DNA of 24,009 nucleotides. It comes from Octopus sinensis. Taxonomy: Eukaryota. Location of the stretch: the NCBI RefSeq assembly GCF_006345805.1, contig NW_021836513.1:1-24009 (forward strand). The letters are read 5' to 3'. The position numbers and the translations under genes were made by a program. This document shows positions 11,281 through 19,833 of the stretch, piece after piece; positions within the stretch are counted from its first letter, which is position 1; the number at the start of each line of letters is the position of its first letter. The notes under the pieces were generated by a model. It ran no database searches. It saw only the letters and a program-made list of their open reading frames with translations, and had not been told where the DNA came from.

Positions 11281-11488
11281 CCTGAAGGAATACGGTTGTG
11301 GCATCGTTTCTGTCTGTGTCCACAAGATGTTAGTCTGTAACATTTTCTAAAGATCATCCAGAAGCGATGACCTTTTTACAAACAAACCTGTTATCTCGCC
11401 ACCAAATATTTCTTCTTAACTCCTTACACACACACACACACACACACACAATCTCTGATCTTTGCCGCAGCTTTAAAGGAATTTCAAT

Positions 11489-11489
<1 letters not shown>

Positions 11490-11525
<36 letters not shown>

Positions 11526-11536
11526 CATTATTATTA

Positions 11537-11586
<50 letters not shown>

Positions 11587-11625
11587 TATTATTGTTATTA
11601 TTATTATTATTATATTATTATTATA

Positions 11626-11672
<47 letters not shown>

Positions 11673-11860
11673 TATTATTATTATTTTATTATTATATTAT
11701 GATTATATTATTATTATTAATTATTATTATTCTTATTATATTGTTATTTTATTATTATATATTATTATTATTATATTATTATTATTATTATTATATTATT
11801 ATTATTATATTATTTTATTATTATTATTATTATATTATATTATATTATTTTTATTATAGT
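11490..11860. repeat. imperfect (ATT)n array
   Basis: Direct reading. It abuts the presumed 3' end of the minus-strand element at 11884-12096. Confidence 0.95.
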
Positions 11861-11883
11861 GTAGTAGTAAGTAGTAGTAGAAT

Positions 11884-12096
11884 AGAGTGAGAGAGGAGCG
11901 CATGCAATCAAAATGACACTCAGGTAAAATATACAAAGCCCAGTATACCCACCATGACAACCCGTCTGATAAGGGTACACTAGGCACATGCATCACAACC
12001 ATATGTGCGCTGGTGATCTCATATCAAGATAAACAGTGGATGACCTTGCCGGTAGGGCCCAGTTGGAATTTTATTCAGGTCGAGTAGCCCATCCTC
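11884..12096 (-). mobile_element. probable retroposon 3' fragment (working family E) with an (AAT)n-type tail
   Basis: A GC-richer island whose minus strand ends ...GTGTCATTTTGATTGCATGCGCTCCTCTCTCACTCT and runs into ACT/AAT repeats. Single copy here, so the assignment is an inference. Confidence 0.5.
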
Positions 12097-12453
12097 GAGT
12101 GCTTAGATAAATTTCCTGGGTGTGTCCATTATTACGTAGGTGTTACCGCTTTTAAATTTATGACCATAATACATAACCACATTCATTCTTTTAAATACTA
12201 AAGAAAACTACTATTTGTTGGCCAAGTTCATGTGAGGCCTCAAAGGGACGAATAAAGACTAATCCATTTTGTCTATCCTATGTACTGCTGTTCCTTGCAG
12301 AGAGGGTGATAATAGCTGTGATTTGTGCTCAGTTGAGGCACTGGAAATTCTCAATTGCAAATCCAATTTAATAAACGTAACAAGTTATTACTTCGCTGTT
12401 CACACTTATTAAATAAAACCTTAAAATTTCAACACAAAAATCCTAGGCCTTAA
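12097..12453 (+). mobile_element. decayed Penelope-like element, GIY-YIG endonuclease C-terminal remnant
   Basis: Manual translation through stops and two frameshifts gives ECLDKFPGCVHYYVGVTAFKFMTIIHNHIHSFKY*RK / LLAKFM*GLKGTNKD*SILSILCTAVPCREGDNSCDLCSVEALEILNCKSNLIN / LLLRCSHLLNKTLKFQHKNPRP*. This fits the Penelope pattern YIGxT..F..R..NH..SF...LSKxIWxLK...WSIL..A..Y....CxLCxxE...I...LN...C.H. Confidence 0.8.
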
Positions 12454-12646
12454 ATTAATGCCTGCGTTCCCTTTGTTGGGGGGATTATCCCACCTCCTTT
12501 AATTATCTGTTTTGTAACATACCAAATACTCATTTCTTAATTAGTGTGTAATCTAATCCTTAACTAGAGCATATAATTTCATTTAATTTCATTCAGTTCC
12601 ATTTGACTGCGGTCAGCGTATTATTTCTTGAATGGATTGTAGAGTT

Positions 12647-12921
12647 CGGTTATAGAAAATTTCGCCGTAAACATTTTTGCCGTAGGAAAATTCATGTATG
12701 AAATCTAATTTTAAATGACCTTATCACATTTTTCTAATGTTTGACGTTGAATAAAGACTTGCCTGTTTAATACTTTTATAAAAACTTTAATCATTCTTCT
12801 TCATTATTAAAAACAAAATGGTGATATAATACGCTTACTGCCAATAAGTCTTCTGACAAACTTTTTTACAGCAAATTTCCCTATACGTCGAAATTTTTTG
12901 AGGCGAATTTTCCAGGCACGG
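12647..12921. mobile_element. MITE/foldback-like DNA element with inverted subterminal repeats
   Basis: The left end has tandem AAAATTTCGCCGTA-like units (12656-12693). The right end has their degenerate reverse complements (TACAGCAAATTT, ACGTCGAAATTT, AGGCGAATTTTCC; 12867-12913). The interior is AT-rich and no convincing TSD was found. Confidence 0.5.
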
Positions 12922-13263
12922 CAGAGGCGGGCATTTAACTCATAATTTTTACACGCATTTATAATTATACCTAGCTGAATTTCCTTGTTCTTTCTTCTTA
13001 AATCAACATAGTAAATATCGAGTAATAATTTCCTTTTCTATATTCTCTCTGGCTTAACGTACTTTTATACTTACTGACATCTTGACCTCCACGGACTGTA
13101 AATTTAGCAAGTTTATAATAAATCGAAGACGCCGATTTGATACGTCAGTTATGTCTATATTTATAGATGTGCAATTCTCTATATTTAGAGCTCTAGGCCA
13201 ATGCAACCCACTCCCCCCCCCCAAGGATATATGTTTGTCGGAAACTCTGAAAAAGCTACCATA

Positions 13264-13401
13264 ATAACTTTACGGTCTGACGAGAATGGTTGACGGTTAA
13301 CTTCCATTGATTAATTGATTAATTATGCATACAAACCAGTGTAAAGGGAAGAACCAGTTCCTCCAGTCATTTGAAACGATCGTATTCTTGAATAAAGTTA
13401 T
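13264..13401 (+). ncRNA. type I hammerhead ribozyme motif with intact core and 71-nt stem II insert
   Basis: CTGACGA at 13277-13283. Stem II is GAATGGTTG (13284-13292) / CAGTCATTT (13364-13372). GAAAC-GATC-GTA at 13373-13384. Distal stem I is ATAACTTTA (13264-13272) / TAAAGTTAT (13393-13401). AATAAA at 13391-13396. Confidence 0.75.
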
Positions 13402-13522
13402 GTAACAACTTTATTTATATTTATATTTATATTTATATTTATGTAGGTATATACATATGTATGTATGTATGTGTGTATGTATGTATGTATGTATGTATGT
13501 ATGTATGTATGTATATATGTAT

Positions 13523-13695
13523 CGTTAGCCACTACACACATTTTTTCTCTCCTTGTTTTTTCTGTGCATCTTACTGTAGAAGAGCGTAGGCTCGAAACGT
13601 AAAAGACTTTTTCTATTCCTGAGCGTTATACTAATACAATTGTTTGTTTTCTACACCACCTGTCTTCGTCTTTTGTTTTTTTCGTAAACTCTCCT
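13523..13695 (+). mobile_element. short hammerhead-carrying element (Penelope-like solo pseudo-LTR) between (TATG)n and (TA)n
   Basis: A ~170-bp island with the same layout as 9978-10172. Confidence 0.65.
13569..13606 (+). ncRNA. minimal type I hammerhead motif (A6U core variant)
   Basis: TCTTA-CTGTAGA-A-GAGC(GTAG)GCTC-GAAA-CG-T-A-AAAGA. Stem I is TCTT/AAGA with a proximal A-A mismatch. Confidence 0.55.
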
Positions 13696-13709
13696 TATAT
13701 ATGTATATA

Positions 13710-13774
<65 letters not shown>

Positions 13775-13825
13775 ATGTCTCTATATATATACACACCACA
13801 TTCTCTAGGTGAGATCTAGAGAAAG

Positions 13826-13986
13826 ATTTTCCTCCCTGACGAAGGAGGCCGGTATTACAGTAATGTTTATATGCATCCTGTGCCGGTTGCATATCCTTGA
13901 ATTCTGGCGCACGCCATCTACCAATTATGAACATTACAAATATTACGTAATTCCGATCGCATAGAAACAGTTGTCGGGTTTAAAAT
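13826..13986 (+). ncRNA. degenerate type I hammerhead motif with ~120-nt stem II insert
   Basis: CC-CTGACGA (core 13836-13842) ... GAAAC-AGTT-GTC (13964-13975)-GGG, with a distal ATTTT/AAAAT. The stem II closing pair is not evident. Confidence 0.45.
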
Positions 13987-14458
13987 ACCACGCTTTCTTC
14001 CCTTAGCTTTCAGTATTTTTTGTACTCCGTGTACATTTATTTATTTCGTAAATATATAAATATCTTTATGCTTATACCTGGGTTTTCATCTGAATATTTT
14101 CAATTTGTGCTTCTTCTTATATATATTCCCCTATATATATTTACATGTGTATATGTATGTATCTATATTTTATATACCAAGCCCAAGCGCGTTTATCTGT
14201 ATCTCTCTCTCTCTTTCCCTATATATGTATATTTACTCACACCCATGTATGTAATGGTAAGATCCTTAGATCTAAGTATAGGAAGTTTGTAAGCTTTGAG
14301 TAGTCTGCGGTAGGTATAAAAAACAACGTTCAGGAACAATAATTTACTAGTGGGTCTCATGAATATTTCCTGGAATCAATGGTAAACTTATGGTAAACTC
14401 TATCCAAAATACCTGGAAGCATTGCTTGTGTTGTGTCTGTATCAAAAGATGGATATAT

Positions 14459-14756
14459 GGATGGAAGCACTCCGTCGGTTACGACGATGAGGGTTGCGGT
14501 TGATCCGAATCAACGGAACAGCCTGCTCGTGAAATTAACTTATAAGTGGCTGAGCACTCCACAGACACGTGTACCCTTAACGTAGTTCTCGGGGATATTC
14601 AGCGTGACACAGAGAGTGACAAGGCCGGCCCTTTGAAATACAGGTACAACAGAAACAGGAAGTAAGAGTGAGAGAAAGCTGTGGTGAAAGAGTACAGCAG
14701 GGATCACCACCATCCCCTGCCAAAGCCTCGTGGAGCTTTAGGTGTTTTCGCTCAAT
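14459..14756 (-). mobile_element. 5'-truncated SINE (family C central domain, different 3' tail) with 13-bp TSD
   Basis: AAGATGGATATAT at 14446-14458 and 14757-14769. 14660-14756 is the reverse complement of 1059-1150. The tail ends ...CGTAACCGACGGAGTGCTTCCATCC. Confidence 0.85.
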
Positions 14757-14968
14757 AAGATGGATATATATACGCGCTTCGATGGGCATATGAATAAATA
14801 TGTATTTGTCTGCATCTATATTTATCAGTTTCTCTACTCTTAGAGTCTAACTATTCTTGGAAATACTCTCAAAACGTATTGTTAATTACTGACATATTTT
14901 TGCGACCTACCAGTTATTTTCTCAGTTTTTACTAAACCCTTATATCTCTCTCTTCCATCTCTTTGCAG

Positions 14969-15198
14969 CTCTGTTTGGCGTTTTGTTCATGGATCGACAG
15001 GAGGCTGCATTCGCGTCTTACCGCATGTTCCACGCCACTGGTTGCGCCATAGCGTTCGGTTACAGCTACTTCTTGTGTGTGGTGACCAAAGTCTACATCC
15101 TCGCTGGCGCAATGGGCGTCTCACTGCTGGCGTACGGCGTCATTGAATTACGGCTGAGGTTACAGCAGCAAGACACCAAAGACATTGTTGCTCTGTAG
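14969..15198 (+). CDS. UNC93A: terminal coding exon of an UNC-93 homolog A-like MFS membrane protein
   Basis: A polypyrimidine tract and TTTGCAG acceptor (AG at 14967-14968, phase 1) precede (A)LFGVLFMDRQEAAFASYRMFHATGCAIAFGYSYFLCVVTKVYILAGAMGVSLLAYGVIELRLRLQQQDTKDIVAL*, with TAG at 15196-15198. This matches the UNC-93 family C-terminal signature ALYGVLF....EAAFANYRLW...GF..AFGYS.FLC...K.YIL. The exact paralogue is uncertain. Confidence 0.9.
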
Positions 15199-15698
15199 AG
15201 CAGAGCAGAGCAGATCCGAGTAGGAACTGGCACAAATGGACACACAGACAGACTGACAGGCAAATAGAAAGACTGGAAGGACAGACGGACAGACAGACTG
15301 ACAAAAAGACTGATCAACTAAAAGACCAGAAATGATATGGACAGACAGATAAACTTTACTTTCACTTTCCATTGTAACCCATCGTAGTACTGCCAAATTT
15401 CCACCGCTACTACACACTCCTCCCCACCGCCAATCACCATGACCATACATACCATCTGCACCATCAACAACAGTGATAACACCACTGGCAATAACAACGG
15501 CACCAGAACCAGCGACAGTGGCACCAATACCAGGGCAGTCACCTTACCACAAATCACCTTTCGGGCCATTATCGCTCGTGTCATCCGCCATTTTATTATC
15601 AATGTATGTATATAATTGTATTCGTGCTTGTGTCTATATTTATGTGTGTGCGTGTGTGCATGTGCGTGCATGTATATATATATATACATACATATTAG

Positions 15699-15929
15699 GG
15701 CGGCGAACTGGCAGAATCGTTAGCACGTCGGGCGAAATGCTTAGCGGTATTTCATCTGCCGCTACGTTCTGAGTTCAAATTCCGCCGAGGTCGACTTTGC
15801 CTTTCATCCTTTCAGGGTCGATAAATAAAGTACCAGTTACGCACTGGGATCGATGTAATCGACTTAATCCCTTTGTCTGTCCTTGTTTGTCCCCTCTATG
15901 TTTAGCCCCTTGTGGGTAGTAAAGAAATA
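15699..15929 (+). mobile_element. full-length tRNA-derived SINE, working family B
   Basis: GGCGGCGAACTGGCAGAATCGTTAGC...GAGTTCAAATTCCGCCGAGGTCGACTTTGCCTTTCATCCTTTC...CCCCTTGTGGG..AAAGAAATA. Highly similar copies at 17924 (+) and 21309 (-). Confidence 0.9.
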
Positions 15930-16120
15930 TATATATATATATATATACATACATACATATATGAATAAGAACATAGTCAACTTTTCAATTGTGATACGTG
16001 CGGCATCCGAACGACTATTTATTTGTTTTGTGTGTGTGTGTGTATGTAGATTTTTGTATGAATACATATGTGTGTGCGTATGTATGTATCTGTATGTATA
16101 TATATGTGTATATATATATA

Positions 16121-16170
<50 letters not shown>

Positions 16171-16319
16171 CATACATATATGAATAAGGACATAGTCAAC
16201 TTTTCAATTGTGATACGTGCGGCATCCGAACGACTATTTATTTGTTTTGTGTGTGTGTGTGTATGTAGATTTTTGTATGAATACATATGTGTGTGCGTAT
16301 GTATGTATCTGTATGTATA

Positions 16320-16375
<56 letters not shown>

Positions 16376-16379
16376 ATAT

Positions 16380-16385
<6 letters not shown>
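15930..16385. repeat. 219-bp-period tandem duplication bounded by (TA)n
   Basis: The unique core TGAATAAG(A/G)ACATAGTCAACTTTTCAATTGTGATACGTGCGGCATCCGAACGAC... occurs at 15962 and 16181. One substitution was seen (A15970 / G16189). Confidence 0.9.
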
Positions 16386-16441
<56 letters not shown>

Positions 16442-16519
16442 ACATACACATATGAATTGTATTCGGTATACCAGTAATGTTTGCGTTGATGTAATATTAT
16501 TTGTTCAACTTTACGATTG

Positions 16520-16800
16520 GTATCGTCATCATCATCACCACCATCATCATCATCATCATCATCACCACCATCATCATCATCATCATCGTTGTCGTCATCG
16601 TCATCATTATAACTATAACCATGATCATTGTCATCAACATTGTCATCGTTGCTGTCGTAATCGCACCATCCTCCTCAGCATCACGATCATCCTCATCATC
16701 ATCATCTCCGTCGTCATTATCATTGTCACCACTACCACGAACAGCATCATCATCATCATCATCATCATCACCGTTATCGTCCTCATAATCCTCATCATTT
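16520..16800. repeat. degenerate (CAT)n array
   Basis: Direct reading. Confidence 0.9.
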
Positions 16801-17527
16801 ACATCTGTTTATCATCCATTGTTACATGGACGGGGGGAGAATGTTTTTTTTTTCCTTCCTCTTCTGTATCCGACCTCTTCACCACTTCTCACGTCTTCCT
16901 CAGTCTTCCTCCAACACAAGCTCCCTCTGTACAGGGTTGCATGGCAACTTCTTCACTCGAACTCCCTTCCCGTCATCCTCCGTGTGCATCACGTGATCAT
17001 ATCAGTGCAATCTCTGTTGCACATTTACAGCGGATTCTTTTTGTTTTTTGTTTTTTGTTTTTTTTTTACATCTGTTTTTTTTTCTTCTCTCCTCAAATCT
17101 GCGCTGTCGTTTAATGCACGCCAGTATTTACGCAACCCCGCGGAGCATGCTTAGCTCAACTCTAATTCAAGCCTTCGCCCCGCACATCCTCTGCACAATT
17201 AATGCCAAATGCGTCCGACTGTGAAACCGTAACATGCATGGAAACATAGAAAACACCAAAAAAGAAAAGAACAAAAGAAAAAGAAAAAGAAGAAACGAAA
17301 AACAAAAATCAAGTGTAAGAAAAACTGCAAAATAGAAACGAAGAAAACCCAACAATCACTCTTATAGTAAATGGCGTTGTGTATTTATATATTTCATGTC
17401 ACACCAAAGGAAATAACCTCAGTATGTTATTGATACATCGATTATCTCCCTTCGTTATGTGACACTCAGTAGAACCACACATATATATATATATACACAT
17501 ACATACATACATAATACATACATACAT

Positions 17528-17573
<46 letters not shown>

Positions 17574-17802
17574 TGTATAATATATATGTATATATATATA
17601 TAATGTATATATATATATCTATATATATATATAGAGAGGAGAGAGAGAGAGAGAGAGTGACAGACAGAGGTGTACTTGCATAGCAAGTGACCTGATTTGA
17701 GATCGTGTGCTGGAACGAAACCAATTGCAGCGTGGAAGGTGTTTATAAGCCGTTTAAGAAACACACAAAAACCGTTAGATTCACTTCAACATTTAAATTT
17801 AA

Positions 17803-17853
17803 TTTGCCAAACTATTTTCGTCCCCTTCAGACCGTGACCTGTTCACTGACAAA
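17803..17853 (-). ncRNA. type I hammerhead motif with G3:C8 core swap
   Basis: The minus strand reads TTTGTCA-GTGAACA-G-GTCAC(GGTCTGAAG)GGGAC-GAAA-ATAG-T-T-TGGCAAA. Stem I TTTGTCA/TGGCAAA has 7 bp including one G-U. Confidence 0.6.
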
Positions 17854-17872
17854 CTTATGTGCAGCACGGGGT

Positions 17873-17923
17873 TTTGTCAGTGAAGAGGTCGCGGTCTCAA
17901 AACGACGGAAATATTTTGGCAAA
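17873..17923 (+). ncRNA. mutated copy of the same hammerhead motif
   Basis: TTTGTCA-GTGAAGA-G-GTCGC(GGTCTCAAA)ACGAC-GGAA-ATAT-T-T-TGGCAAA. The core has two apparent lesions (unpaired G3/G8; GGAA for GAAA). Confidence 0.5.
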
Positions 17924-18110
17924 AGGCGACGAGCTGGCAGAAGCGTTAGCACGTCGGGCGAAATGCTTAGCAGAATTTCGTCTGCCGTTACGTTCTGAGT
18001 TCAAATTCCGCCGAGGTCAGCTTTGCCCTTCATCCTTTCGGGGTCGATATAATCGAATTAATCCGTTTGTCCCCTCTATGTTTAGCCCCTTGTGGGCAAT
18101 GCAGAAATAA
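17924..18110 (+). mobile_element. SINE family B with 17-bp TSD
   Basis: GGAAATATTTTGGCAAA at 17907-17923 and 18111-18127. The body matches 15699-15929 with internal deletions. Confidence 0.9.
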
Positions 18111-18236
18111 GGAAATATTTTGGCAAATTAAATTTAAATGTTGAAGTGAATCTAACGGTTTTTGTGTGTTTTTAAATGGCCTATAAACACCTTCTACGCT
18201 GTAATTGTATATATATATATATATAAATATAAAAGG

Positions 18237-18322
18237 AAACGAAGAAAATGCTGACAAAATAATTTAAGTAATTTTCACCTAATTAAATTACTTAAATTAT
18301 TTTGTCAGCATTTTCTTCGTTT
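18237..18322. repeat. perfect 38-bp inverted repeat with a 10-nt loop
   Basis: AAACGAAGAAAATGCTGACAAAATAATTTAAGTAATTT (18237-18274) is the exact reverse complement of 18285-18322. Confidence 0.95.
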
Positions 18323-18357
18323 ACTTTTTTATATATCACAACTCGTGTTCCACATCT

Positions 18358-18403
<46 letters not shown>

Positions 18404-18962
18404 GTATGTATAATGTGTGTGTGTGTATGTATAAAATAATTTAAACCTGCATGTAGAAATTAAATGCAAATGAGGGAATCTTTTAAACAAAACGGAATTG
18501 TCCTTTGAGTTTGTAGTAAGTGAAGAATTACCGAATAATTAGCTGCGAAACCTCTTCTTGCTCAGCATTGTCGTGTAACCATTTTCCTTGTTCTCCTTAG
18601 CGAAATTTCCAGTTTTGTGCACTTGTAAAAAAAACAAAAAAACACAAAAAACAAATATCGAACTATAAAAGGAATTTTGTTTGTGTTTTTTTTTCTGTTT
18701 ATTTTTTTGTTTTGGTTTTTTTTTTACGACTCTTCAATGCAAAGTCTGTTACTGTAAATAACTTGTATTTAAAAAAAAAAGGAAAAAAACCCCAAATAAA
18801 CGTAGTTTTCTATATTTTAACTTTCTTTTATTATCATTGTGTGTGTGTGTGTGTGTGTGTATGTGTGTGGTCAGACAAATAGTGAGAGCGAGAGAGAGAG
18901 AAAGAGAGAGAGAGAGAGAAGATATGAAGCAGGATTGCATAGTGAGATTTTAAGCATTCAAT

Positions 18963-19186
18963 ATTGATGATGATGATGATGATGATTATAACAATGATGA
19001 CGACGCCGATAATTATGATGATGAAGATGGGTATGATTTTGATGATAATGATGACAATGGTGGTAATGGTTGTTGATAGGGATGCTGCTGCTGATGATGA
19101 TGATGACGACGACGATGATGATGGTGATGATGAGTATGTGGATAACGATGATGATGCGTATGATGATGGTGATGATGATGATGATG

Positions 19187-19243
<57 letters not shown>

Positions 19244-19395
19244 CGACGACCTCAACGATGATGGTGACGATAGTGATGATGATGATGATGATAATGAAAA
19301 CGATGATGACTACGGTGATGGCGATGATGCTGCTGATGATGTTTGTGACGATTGAAGATGGTGATGATGATAATCTGTATATTTGCGATAAATGA
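18963..19395. repeat. degenerate (GAT)n array
   Basis: Direct reading. Confidence 0.95.
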
Positions 19396-19833
19396 TAGCG
19401 GTTATTGCTATTTCTGGTAACAGTGGTGGTGTTGAAGGTGGTAGTCATGGACATGGAGTGGTGGTGGTATATATTTGTTGGTCGGTGGTCAACTGAACCG
19501 ATGCGATGTCTTTACCAAGAACGGCTTGTCCAAAGAATTCTCCGAAGTAGCAAAGAATATGCCATTGTGACTGTGATTACGAATTGTTTGATTCTTGCCG
19601 TTGGTTAATACCTTTTTTGTTAAATATCATTCCATTCGTCCCTTCATTATACACCCGGTTGTGTTTTACCTCACATTTACACTCTACACACAATGAATAT
19701 GCATATATATATATATATATATAGATATATATATATATATATTATATATATATATTATATATATATATATAATATTATATATATATATAGATATATAATA
19801 TATATATATAGATATATATATATATATATATAT

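Larger units (their letters stand above)
17722..18207. mobile_element. inverted pair of Penelope-like pseudo-LTRs (~132-bp arms, 19-nt spacer); right arm interrupted by a SINE
   Basis: 17722-17853 is the reverse complement of 17873-17923 plus 18128-18207, with several substitutions. Each arm carries a hammerhead-like motif. Confidence 0.75.

Noticed and set aside
12281-12412. CCTTGCAG acceptor plus open frame as a host exon
   Set aside because: Better explained as part of the Penelope GIY-YIG remnant, whose similarity extends upstream of the AG.
19470-19620. Minus-strand frame VLTNGKNQTIRNHSHNGIFF...RFS* as a terminal exon
   Set aside because: There is an in-frame stop just upstream, no pyrimidine-rich acceptor and no recognisable homology.
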